A DNA stretch of 64,000 bases from Auanema rhodensis (lineage: Eukaryota > Animalia > Nematoda). A program made the position numbers and the translations under genes. The notes under the pieces were generated by a model. The model saw only the letters and a list, made by a program, of their open reading frames with translations, made no database searches and was not told the origin of the DNA. Of the stretch, positions 16,379 through 28,286 are shown piece by piece. How positions within the stretch are numbered: position 1 is the stretch's first letter; each line of letters starts with the position of its first letter. The stretch is from contig OZ059897.1 in NCBI GenBank assembly GCA_964057225.1, positions 7,254,001-7,318,000 on the forward strand. Reading direction: 5' to 3'.

Positions 16379-19300
16379 ATGAACTTCAATACTGCATTGG
16401 CCTCTTATTTCTCTGTTCTAATTTATTTCTTGGATTTGTTTTCTTTTGGTACGTTTAACTTGACGAGTACTTTAAAAGAAGTTGTGCATAGTTAATTGCT
16501 GTGGATAGGTGGTTTTGCCATTTCAAAGCCGATCTCTATCCATCATTATTCAGTTTTAACAGCTTTCGTTTATCTATTTCCGACTTTCAAAATCGGAAAT
16601 GAGTTCACTTGCGTCTTAATTGTTCCTTTATGCCTGAGATAGTGTCTTCCACATTTCTCTCAGCTGACTATTCCCATGCATAACTTACTGATTCTTTATG
16701 AGAAACATATGGGATCACAAATCTTAGTCTAAAGTCATACATAGAGTTCAAGAGAAAAATCTCTAATCTCATATTCAGCTCAATTCACGTCTTTTAGGGT
16801 CCTGTGCCTTGCCCGGTGGTGACTGTGTTGAGCCATGCATCAACGACATGCAAAGGGTTAGTTCTATCAAGATTCAACATCCCTTTTCTAAAAATCCAAG
16901 ACCAAAAAAAAAAATCCTTTTGACACCAAATCACGTCTGTTGCCACTGCTAGTGGACTTGAGGAGAAGATGCTGGATATGAGCCTTTCCTGTTCATTCAA
17001 TCGGAAAGCAGGCAAGCAAGCGGTGAATTTGAAAATGTCAAGTTAGAACTACATGCTCTGTTGGAAATAATTCAAAAGTGACAAAAAGCCATACAAAAAT
17101 AGCTCTGAAAGCAACGATTGAAACGTTAAGTCCATAGAATTTGTATTCTATTGAAATCAATTCATGGAATTGAGACGGAGAAATTTAGAAAAAATCAAAA
17201 TGTATTCTTTAAGTCATTAGAAGAAACGCCCATGCTGAAACATGAGCATCTTGGTCAACTATCCTTTACACAACTCATTGGATCATCACAGGACAAACAT
17301 GTTACAGAACAAAGTTTTGCTGCTATTTGCAAGTAGGTTCATATTTTATAGCTTTCATTATTCAAAGCAAGTGAGAGATAGAGAGATAGATAGATAGCCA
17401 GAAAGAGAAGGAGAAAGAGAAAGCAAGAGGGGCATGATTTTACATTCAATGAATAAACTCAATTCTAAACTTTTTTCTTCTTAAAGGAAATAAACAAATG
17501 CTACGTATTATTCGGCTGATGGTTGTTTTGAAAATAATGAACTGCTGTTCATTCACTCACTACACTCTTCGTATTATAAATTTACAAACCTATTATAGGG
17601 CTTATATTAATGTGGACAGATGCTTGGAACAATGTGAGCAGACTTCAGAGAATTCAGGTAGAATTCGTCAAACCTATGCTGGAATACGTTTCATATGCGT
17701 TGAACACCGTAAAGGTTAGTAGTGTTACTCATACGTCATAGTCTTTCTGTATAAGTGTTTGATTCAATATGATTTTGAAATATTTGCAATGAAATATTTC
17801 CTTTTTTGGAATTTGAGCCATCTTAATCCTCTTCTAAATGGTCCACAAAACTGAAGTGCAAAGCCACTTAATAGCAAGTCAGTAATCTGATACAATGCTA
17901 TTATTGCTTTAGCCTTATGTAAGGCGTCATAGACAAGAAGCATGCAGCGAGCAGCTTTACTTGCCTTTTGCTGTGTTCAAACCTCCTGATTTCATAGACG
18001 CCTGTCTGACTCAATAAGTACCATACGGATTAGGCCTTTCGATTCCATCTTGTTGATTAGCTGTCTTGTATACTTACTTGTCATCTTCATTTTGCGGAGA
18101 TCTGTTAAGTAGATGGCAGATGTGTTGTCTTGTGAGCTTTCCTTTTTGGTTTGTTGAGGTGGCAGCATTGGTGCCATGGTGCGGAGTTCTCTGCTAAATC
18201 TGTGGATAAGTGGTTTGGTTGAAGTCCTCTTCCCGAATCCCCACGTACGCTCTCCCGCTTGTTCATACATATCTCGACTTGGTGATTCTTTGGGAAACAA
18301 GAATATTCTCACAATAATAGCCATTAGTTGCACAAGAACAACGGCAAGCTTTTGTCTTCATCAGTTGAAATGACACTTCGGTAAAGGTTTGTGAAGATGC
18401 TAGTGTATACCAAACACTACGAAATTCAACTGAATGTCTCGACAAGAGTATTTTCTTACCAAATCATAAATCATCTTGAAATGTGATTATTCTAAACAAA
18501 CTATGCTTTGTAATCATTTCGCCATCAGCCTGCAACATCTGAGGCTCGATCCTAAGAGGAAAGTATATGGTGGTAGCAATTGTCCCCACGGGGTCATAAA
18601 TGTAGTCCAGCAGTCCTTGATAGATATAGATGGGCTCTGTCACCTCAAAAGATAAATTTGTGTTTAGTACACGATCGCTTAGGCTCAGGATTAACATATA
18701 GTCAAGCAATAGACATTTGAGAAAACTAGTATTGAGTTGCTTTCGGTTCTTCTCAACTTGAGCCCATCGCTGTCAAAGCAACTAAAAACACAGCAATTAG
18801 GGTGTTGTAAAATTAGTTAGATGTTTATTGAGTTCAGCAAAAAAGTCTCTGAGTTTTCTGTGGACAATGTTCCTGATTCTAAATATGTAATTGAAGAATT
18901 AAGCATTTTTGTGTTGAAACAATGAAAATTTCCTGATTCATCACCGATCTTTTTATTTTCAGAATTCTTCGATTCTCTACCTTGCTTAGCACAGTAAGTT
19001 CTGTTTACATACTGATATTCAAAACATTAAGAGCTCAACTAGAATCATGAATACTTGCAGACATGAAGCAACTGCAATGGAACAATGTCGAAATCAAATT
19101 AATGAATCATTAGTGGCAAGTAACCGTTTTTCAATCACTGTCATGAAGAAAGAGCATCACAACTTGCGTAGCCACTTTGAAACACTGTGCAGGTTTAACA
19201 TCTCTATTGTTTATACCTGCAACATACCGTACATTCAGAAAACTTGGAGATATGATTGAGTGTGTGGAACCAATCACGCGCAAGGGATGTGGAGAACAAG

Positions 19301-19596
19301 CTGCAATAATGATGCTTAGGTTCATAACTGTTGGATTTAGCAGGTAAACGTTCGAAAATGAATAAAGAGACCGATCTTTATATTTCAGTTTTGAACAATT
19401 ATATTCTCAACTAGGAATAAGTGATCAACTACCATCATCATGCCGTTCTCTATTATCATTGAAATCGAGAAGAATTCCAACAGACCGAAGAGTAAATCAT
19501 GTCCAGAGATTTTCAGATTATTCTGTTAGTTCAGTTAGTAGTAACTCTCTGATCCTGGCAGGTTCACTCATCAGTGTTTTCTTCCACATTCTATAA
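16379..19596 (+). CDS. Secreted/GPI-anchored cysteine-rich nematode protein (CPG4/DUF19-like domain), 8 exons
   Basis: Spliced: MNFNTALASYFSVLIYFLDLFSFG|SCALPGGDCVEPCINDMQR|SLEE...FAAICK|AYINVDRCLEQC...YAGIRFICVEHRK|EFFDSLPCLA|...CGEQAAIMMLRF|...LPSSCRSL..., hydrophobic C-terminus; exon phases consistent; first exon is the least certain. Confidence 0.7.
17760..18760 (-). mobile_element. Degenerate BEL/Pao LTR-retrotransposon pol fragment inside an intron of the CPG4-domain gene
   Basis: YIYDPVGTIA resembles the Pao-type (S/I)YDPLG motif; downstream LQFCGPF resembles the integrase GLDYFGPF motif; many stops and frameshifts; lies within the 1.25 kb intron 17715-18962. Confidence 0.6.
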
Positions 19597-19907
19597 TCTA
19601 TCGCGTTGAATGATATCAATTTGGTTTTATTTATTCTTACGCTCAATAATCTGCCGGAAAATTGAAAGTATTCAAAAGAAGCTTTGTTTCGTACTTATCG
19701 GATAGATGTAAATCTCACGTAATGCACGTTCTGTGTCACGTTTCATTTATTTTTATTTTTCCCCCAGACCGGTTGCTTTCAAAATGTTCCTCAAATACAG
19801 TGAAGTCATATTTTATAATCTTTGAATAAAAATATATAAGATTTAAATTTCAACAATAACAACTATTTACATTATAACCAGTAAGTGTTTTATCCAATTA
19901 TTAAATC

Positions 19908-21574
19908 TTAGCATGTGTAGTGTTCATAGTTTGCATATGCTTTTTTGCTAGTTTGGAGCAACATGCTGCCTAATTGACGTCCAGGACCAACTTCAATATA
20001 TCGAGGAAAACGATAATCCTATAAATAGAAAACTTCAGACATAATCAAATTAGCCATTTACCTGATGTTTTCTGAACAGCAATTGCTGAATTTGTTCCCA
20101 TTTAACAGGGTGCGTTACTTGTCTTACTATAGCCGATTTCATCTCACTCTGGAATAGTCTAAAATGATATTGAGCACCGATTATTGGCCGAACCTTTTTC
20201 ATGGCATGAACAGCTCCACTGTAATTGGAGTATACATTGCAAGAGGCTTTGTTCAGCACCACTTCTTTAATAGAATCACGAAGACTAAAACATTTTTTTA
20301 AAAAATATTTTCCAATTATCAATTTACGGTTTGATTGCGTTTTCCATTTGTCTTGTATGAAAAGCTCCACTCACAGCTAATCTTTTCACCACCTAAGAGA
20401 AGTATTATAACACTTCATGAGGAACAAAGAAGTTCTCAATACCTTAATATCGTATTGGTCCTGATGCTCTTCAATGAAATTCATGCAGGTTTCACTAGCT
20501 CCCAAAACTCGAACTCCACAAAATAAGTAGTTTGCCACTTCACAAACCTCCATTTCTCCCTTACTCCTGTAAGTAAAACTAACGTAATTCTAATACTCGA
20601 GTGTGAATAAACCTTGCCAAATCTCTAGCATCTCGTAAGAGATCGTCCAACCGAGACGAAGCTTTAACTCGTATAGTTAGCATACCACTTTTGATTAATT
20701 GATTACATTCATGCATTGCTTCACACCGAACCTTCACAACTTTTAAAGCTAAAAATACGTAATAAGATGAAGAATTTGTATGTAACAAACCATCTTCGAA
20801 AGACAAAACATCGCCAGCAACAAGGGCAGAAAACTCTCCTACGCTGAAACCAGCAACATCGGTTATTTTATCAGCAGCTTCGGGCTCTTTATGGTAAAAC
20901 ACATAACAATTATAGAACAAAAGAGCAATTACCTTCGGTTTTAAGCTTCTCTAATGCAGCAATTGAAGAAACAAAGACTGCGGGTTGACAATATAAGGTT
21001 TGATCAAGCCTATGTTAAAAAAGTTCCTGGTTTTAAACGATAGAATACTTACTTGGTTTTGGGACCTTCCAAACAGATCTTCTTCAAATCATACCCTAAT
21101 ATCTCATTGGACATATCGAAAATTTTCTGAGAAGCTGGACAATCCATCAACTTTAGAAAGACAAATCAAGAAGATACACAAGTTAATATTACCTTAGATC
21201 CCATTCCGACAAATTGAGCACCTTGTCCAGGAAAAAGTAAAACGATTTGTTCTTCGATGGGTATATGATCAAATACAATAACACCAGTTGATTTTTTCTT
21301 TTTTCCATATTTCAACTTATTTTTTTCTGCTAATATTTCTTTTGAAGTTTTGTTTAGATAGTCCGTTAATTGCTGGAATAAAAGCATAAATTGAATCATT
21401 GAAATAACTTATTACTTCTTCAGGATAGGGTAGCTTTCTAGTTGGATCAAGAACAACGGAATGAACATCTGAAAACGTTGTACCTTGTTCTAATATATTT
21501 TCTGTTGGCGGCGGTAGTACTCGTTTTCGTACAAAACGTTGAGACAAAGTTATAGCTGGTCTAATTGATCTCAT
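19908..21574 (-). CDS. Mitochondrial malonyl-CoA:ACP transacylase (MCAT/FabD)
   Basis: Transit-peptide-like N-terminus; LLFPGQGAQFVGMG, LDQTLYCQPAV, AGFSVGEFSAL, RLAVSGAFHT, VYSNYSG, PVKWEQ, IEVGPGRQLG. Confidence 0.93.
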
Positions 21575-21873
21575 CTAAACATAAGTAAACTATTATTGAT
21601 TATTCCTGAGTTTCATATTAGAATTAAGGTGACCTAGACTAAAAATACAAACAAACTTTAAATATTTATTGGTAAATGTACGTGATTGCTAGCGTGAAAT
21701 TCTCCAAACAAGTGTTTTTTGAATTCAATCCCAACATAAAATAGATTTGAGATTAGGAATTAGAGAATAACGGATAAGCTGAAACTAGAATTTAAATTAT
21801 AATATTCTGATTTTCACTTTCCACGTGAACATGGCAATAACGTGGTTCATGAGGAAAATAGACTATTCGAATA

Positions 21874-23017
21874 ATGAAGGCGACGTTATGGGTGTTGAGC
21901 ACAATATGTACTTCGGTAGCCGTTTTTCTCATATACAACTATGCTATACAATTCCTATTGCAGGCACTATGCATGTATTGTACGGATCTTGATTATCCTC
22001 TATATCGATCACCTGTGAGAAATATTCGTATAATCAGAAAACCTGCAATGGAAACTTATATCAATAAACTTGAATGTTTTTTCTCGCGTATTGCCAATAG
22101 TAGGGGTAAAGTATATCAGTATGAGACAACTAATATTTGTAAAACACTGTTCATGGTATTATTGAACTTTACTGTAGAATTAACACAACAGAACTGAAGT
22201 TTCTTAGGGCGAACAAAAATTTCTTTTTGGCTTAAGTGTTGTCCTCACATCGGATGAATCAACAGAAGATTATCATGAGTTTTGTCCGGCCTATATTGTA
22301 TATCCTTTGCAGCCAGTTCTGCAGGTAATTTTTAATTCGTATTTTTTGAAATATATATTTTCAAACAAATTTTATTAAGATTCATGTATCTTATCCATTG
22401 ATAGCTGAGGGAAAGGTCGTTCTGGATATACACATTGCTACAGCAACTGGATCTGTTAAGTACATACAATCACTAAATTTTCAGAACATAAATTTTTTTA
22501 GATATCAAGTACTTGAGGAAATGGATCGTGTTCCTAAAAATTTTATAGCTTCTCTTGTAAATGCAACCTGTTCACATAGCACTACAGAAGTCGATGAAGT
22601 ACAGTGTAAGCATATTAATCATTTATTTCCAGATTATGACAAAGTCTCAGCCTAAACATAATCATATAGAATGCAGAGTTGCAACAATTAAAAGATCTAT
22701 TAATGAAGAAAATAAGGTATTGTGAAGTGATAAATCCTTGAAATGAGTATTGTAGACGACTACCAACGATTGGGTAATGGCACTGTGCATTTGTATTCTA
22801 GCTGCCTATGGCTTGGTTGTGGCGGTTTTTGCTGGATTAGAACCTGTTTGTTTTGAACATATCTATTTCTGGTTGATGACACCTTTACTATTTTAGAATA
22901 CGAATGCGTTAGAGAATCCTAATTCAGGAAACGAATATTCGTTACAGCTGGATTTCGAGGTGGAAACGGTTATCTCCATTTAAAAACCTGCACAAACCTC
23001 GCTCGTTGATATATTAA
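21874..23017 (+). CDS. Uncharacterised multi-exon, probably single-pass membrane protein; last exon/stop ambiguous (22983 or ~23017)
   Basis: Hydrophobic N-terminus; in-phase GT-AG exons (…YHEFCPAYIVYPLQPVLQ|IHVSYPLIAEGKVVLDIH…); C-terminal TM segment WVMALCICILAAYGLVVAVFAGL. Confidence 0.55.
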
Positions 23018-23052
23018 TATGAACGTTTGAAAAGATTAATTAGTTCATTAAT

Positions 23053-25418
23053 TTAATTTCTGAACCAAGAATTTCGAATTAAAGTTATTATTTCTCCACA
23101 GTTTTTTCCTAAGGTTTCCTGAAAAATAATCAGGATTTTGAATTATTTTTAGTTATTTACTTCGTGTACTTCCGAAATCGTTTCGGGCATTTTACGTAAT
23201 TGATCTTTCTCCCAGCCAATACTCAGTAGATCAACACATAAATCTTTAATATTATATTGAAAAATATATTTTTTCTTCTAGAAACGAACCGTAAGTAACT
23301 GAAAAATCTGGAAAATTCAAATTAATTTCTCCTTCAAACATTGATTTAATAGAACTATCAATATCTGTTAATCTACTCATCCCAACAACATGAACTTTCA
23401 TATCTCGCAATTGTTTCATGAAGTTACGATATAATGACTGCAATATTATTCTTTTCAAGTATTGAAAATGTTTTTATATATACTCTTGTTAGATTATCCT
23501 TTGGCTTAGCTTTCAGAAATATTTCTAATCTATCTAGTACTACCAGCACTGTTTTATCCAAATGACTGAGCTGAATTGTCTTCAATTCCATGGGCATTTG
23601 ACTAATGTAAACGTACCTTCGAGATCCATTGTGCAATTGTTTTTGGAGCAGACATTACTGTTTTGGATGTAACATACAGCAGCGTTGCAGATGTTCTGGA
23701 TGCAATTGCATCAGCCCAGCATGTTTTACCGGCTTTCTCACCACCTACTAGCAAAACCCATTGTGGCTTCAATGCTATTTTCCATGTTGATAACACTGTA
23801 ATATTAATTTCAGATCGTGAGAAATGTATATTCGAACATAGTGGGTATATCATGACAGCCTCAAGCATTCTTTTGATGTCGAATTCAAAAATGCTGTTTT
23901 TATACTTGACGGGAGATCTAAAATTCGTCAGAAAACATAAATTTGATCTGCTTTTATACTCACACGTATGTGAACATACTGTGAGTTCTATTTCCTAATT
24001 TACTGCGCAATATTCCTCTTTGTATTAGAAGTAAATATAATTTTTCAGTCTGAATACGATCTTTTACAAATTCTTCTTCAAAATTAGTTGTTGGTTCAGA
24101 TATATTAGAGAAGTTAGAACGTAATGATTCCAAAAGTTCCGGTAATGATTCTGCCTAAAATTCTTTTTAGAATTATTATTAGCCCGCAGAAATACCTTAA
24201 AACGAAAGTGATAAGATGATTCTGCTACCAATCCGACGACTTTTCTCTCCTCAGATCGTCTCTTTAAAACTGCTTGTACACTAAGCCCAAGACGATCCAT
24301 TTCCTCTACCCTCATTTGGCGAACAATTTTTCGAGCCATGTGCCCTCTTATTTTCTACATTATCGATAGCTAGGCACATAACACTGCTCTCTACTTACAG
24401 ACTGAATCAACGTTGCAGCTTCTTCTTCTGTAGTAATTGATTTCCTGGGTTTGGTTCGATGCTGTTCTACACTTTGCCGCCTGGTAGCTCGAAAAACTGA
24501 AAACGAATGATCTAATTATTCAATTATTTACAGTATTATTTATTTATAGATGAAACGTGAGCCATCTAAGCACAGCCGACTCACAACATCACTTAAGTCA
24601 AAAATAAAATTGAGGTGTCACGTACATTTTGACGTGAAGTGATACCGCCAGATAAATTAACCAGTTTTGAAAGAGTAGAACACAACACTTACATTTATCC
24701 ACTTTTTGAATTATCAATACTGCTTGTTCAAATGTTAGAGGTTTTCTCTGATATTCCTCATCAAAACTTAAATGAAATTCTGATGGAAGTCGGATTTTTC
24801 TTTCTATGCCACATTTAGATGTTTTCTTTAGAATTGTTTCAGTAGCTTTTTTAACCATGCGATCTCGTGCTTGTATATGTAGGTTTCGTTCTATGCTCAA
24901 TAGAAATGGGCCAACTTCATCATATTTCTGATTACAGGCAAGAAAATTAGTTATAATTCTTCGCGATTGTTCCGTACCGATTCATAACCCAATTCCTTTC
25001 TTTTAGCATTCCAATGATGAAAAATCTCCTTTTGTTTAATTTGGGCGATTTTAGAAGAAAAAAATATTACATAATGCCGAGAAATTTCTGAGATATAATT
25101 GTTAAAGTTACTGAAATTGAAGAGGAGATTTGAAGTACCTAGTAAGATTTTTTGAGATTCTTCAGTTGTTTCGATGAAATGAAGACGGTTAGCCTGATGC
25201 AGTAGAGCCTCGAGATTTATAATCAACTCATAAATTAAACTACAGGAATCAATGTTTCGTTTAACTTTTGTATTTATTCTCTGAAAATGAAATCAAACTG
25301 CAAACAAGAAGATACTTACAGAGTTTGACTTATTCTCTGTGAGAGAATTCAATCTTCCTTGTTGCTTTATAACTTCTTCAAGAAGAACAAAGAGCGAGTG
25401 TTTCGTCTCTGAGAACAT
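23053..25418 (-). CDS. IQ-motif and AAA-ATPase domain protein, IQCA1/DRC11-like (divergent)
   Basis: Two IQ-like motifs EQAVLIIQK and EEAATLIQSKIRGHMARKIVRQMRVEEMDRLGL; P-loop VLLVGGEKAGKTCWADAIASRTSATL; multi-exon. Confidence 0.65.
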
Positions 25419-25671
25419 GGCTTGAAGTATGATTTGTAAGATGTGATCTGATGTTGATTTTCGTTTTTATCCAAATCTAGAGGGACAAGTAATATTTTAT
25501 ACGAATCTCAACACAATAAATTAACATGGGAAAACAAATAAATTAAAGGAATAGAATATGAATCAATTTCTACAAGCATTTTCCATCACAGATAGACCAA
25601 AAATATGAAAACAGAAAGAATGATACCCAAAAACAACAGGAAAAAATGCAACTCTAAAACAGGATAAAAAA

Positions 25672-27608
25672 TTAAGCAGATGGTTCTTCTTCATTTTGTC
25701 GTTGCTCATCTGTATAAAAGTGCCGTTTTCTACGCTTACTAGGCAATTCCATGGCGGCAACCTAGAAAAGCTTGACATTTTAATCATGCTTTACTGAACA
25801 CAAACCTGAAGAGGCCAGCCACCTCCTATAACGCCAGCTTGAACAGCTGCGCCAGTAACTACTGCTAATTCCGGATCAACTCCAAAGTTAGGAGCTTTTC
25901 TGAATTGAGATTAGTCAAACATGTTCATTCGAATTAAAACTTACCCGAAGTAATGCCCAACAATTTGTCTAACTTTGGGAATGCGAGTAGATCCTCCAAC
26001 TAAAACAATTTCATCTACTTCTTCTGGTGTTAATCCAGCATCCTCGAGAGCAGCACCTATGGGTTCTTCAATAGCTTTAAACAAATCTTCATTTAACGCT
26101 TCAAACTCTTCCCGGCGAATCTGTAGAGGAAACATTATTGAAATAAACATGGAAATGGTAAAACCTCATGGGACCATTCACCGATTTCTCTTAAATTCAA
26201 TTTGATTATTGTTTTTAGGTGAGTAGTAAGTTTTTTCTTAGCAGCTTCGATTTCCAAACGAATTTGTTGTAAGTCTTCCTTATTGGATACTTCTTTCTTA
26301 AACTTCTCTTCGAGCAACTAGAAAAACAGGATTTTCGATTCAGTTTCCACTCTTTCGTTACTTTAACTATGTGTTTTTGAACACGATCATTGAAATCCTG
26401 ACCTCCCAATCGATTATTTCCGGCCATGGCTTGAGTCACAAAAATACCTCCTTGCAACCATAGAACAGACACGTCAAGAGTTCCACCACCTACAAAATTA
26501 AAGCCGTAAAGATTTAAAGAATGCAACAGAAGCTGTACAGACGCTAAACAATGAAAATGCTATTATGCTCACCCAGATCAACTACTACTACACTCTCAAC
26601 ACCCTTCTTCTTGTGTAGTCCATAAGCCAAAGCCGCTGCTGTTGGTTCTGATATAACTCTTCTGACTTCCAATCCTAAATCAGTTTACCAATGAGCATAT
26701 TTAAACATCTCATTCCCCTACCAGCTTTTTCAACAGCTTTAGCAGTTACATTTCTTTGAATTTCTTCGAATTCTGCTGGAACAGAAACTACAGCCTATCA
26801 ATGAACAAGCATATAATAAGAACATGCTAAGCGGTTTCTTACCTGGCTGAGTGGTGTTTTCATTTCATTCTCAGCGAACGTTTTGAGATAACCAATTATG
26901 ATTGATCCAATATCTTCAGGATAAAGAATTCTGAATAAATTACAAATTATTCGAACCATCTTATATATTTTTTTATAAATAAGCCACATACTTGGTTCCT
27001 TCATCAAGAGGAATTTCGAAGTAAGCTTTCCCCTTTTCATCTAATTTTATTGAAAACGGATAACGTTTCAAATCAGCCTGAAAGTTTGTTTGAAAAAATC
27101 GGTACAATTGTAAAAAATACCAAAAAATTAGCATTGTCTTTCTCGAAAGTACGTCCAATAAACCGTTTAGCATCATAAATTGTTCTCCTAGGATTTTTTT
27201 CTTGCTGTTCTACAGCTCTTGTACCAACCACAACCGTTCCATTAGGACTATAATATGGAAAATAAGAACTATCCAACAATCAGTATATTACAGGAAAGCT
27301 ACAACGCTAGGAATTGATCTTTTACCAAGATCATCGGCTAAAATAGTAGTGTCACCCGAAATAGCATGATATATACCTAAACTACTTATAATTGATTAAT
27401 GCGATACAGAGTTATAACCGACCTATGGAAGAAAATGTTGTACCCAAATCAATTCCACCTATTTTAGGAGCTGGTGCTGGAAGACCATACTTCTGGCCAA
27501 GATATCCAGCTATTAATAATGCCATAATGGCTCCCCCTACACAAGAAACATTACGATACAGTTAATATACAATAAATATAACTTACCAACCAAAGACATA
27601 CTAGTCAT
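25672..27608 (-). CDS. stc-1: HSPA13/STCH microsomal Hsp70-family ATPase lacking the substrate-binding domain
   Basis: [99 protein letters not shown] then short tail. Confidence 0.95.
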
Positions 27609-28152
27609 GATGATTATTTATTAATAATAGAATCGATTAATATAATTTAATTGGTAAAATATATCCGCATGCCCTGTAACTGTAATAAAATAAATTGATC
27701 AAAACTGAAAAAGCAAAACAAAACGAAAATGTTGGTACAAAGAGAAACGAGTATCATGTCAAACGTATCATATAATTAGCATACGTCAACTATAAATAAT
27801 GACGTCACTCATCTCGACAAATACGTAGTTGCGGATACAGTAACCTGCATAATTGAATATATCCTAATGCGTTCAAGCTTACGGATATTTAATAAAACTT
27901 AGCTAAAAGGGCGTGAATAAACCTTTCAGGAAAGATGGGCCGCATACATGTATTTTATGAAGTTCAAGTTTACACAAACTTTGTTGCTTATATGGATATG
28001 TGTATGTGTGCCAAAGTAAGGTTAAGCTAACGAAATTACTTCTAACAAGCTTATATCTATTTCTGGACTGTTAAGTATTTTTGATAGCTAATCAGATGAG
28101 TGTATTTTGATTACCATACAATGTGTAAGTGAGTTTTATTATTATATGATTT

Positions 28153-28166
28153 GTTGCTATGGCAAC
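28153..28166. promoter_or_regulatory. X-box (RFX/DAF-19 binding site) upstream of WDR31
   Basis: GTTGCT-AT-GGCAAC matches the 14-bp X-box consensus, ~120 bp upstream of the ATG of a ciliary WD40 gene. Confidence 0.8.
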
Positions 28167-28286
28167 ATATGCTTAGCAAGCTGCGACTTCGGCCACAGGA
28201 CATGTGTCTTATATATTTGCTGATATTTAAAACAGATAATTTCAGAGCAAACCTGGCATAGGCATTAAGTGATTCCTTGTCAAGTT

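Noticed and set aside
9900-18760. One continuous LTR element spanning all minus-strand remnants
   Set aside because: Intact SET and CPG4 exons lie in between and no LTR pair was found; treated as separate remnants
21826-21839. X-box-like gtgaacatggcaat upstream of the orphan gene
   Set aside because: Both half-sites deviate from consensus; expected by chance
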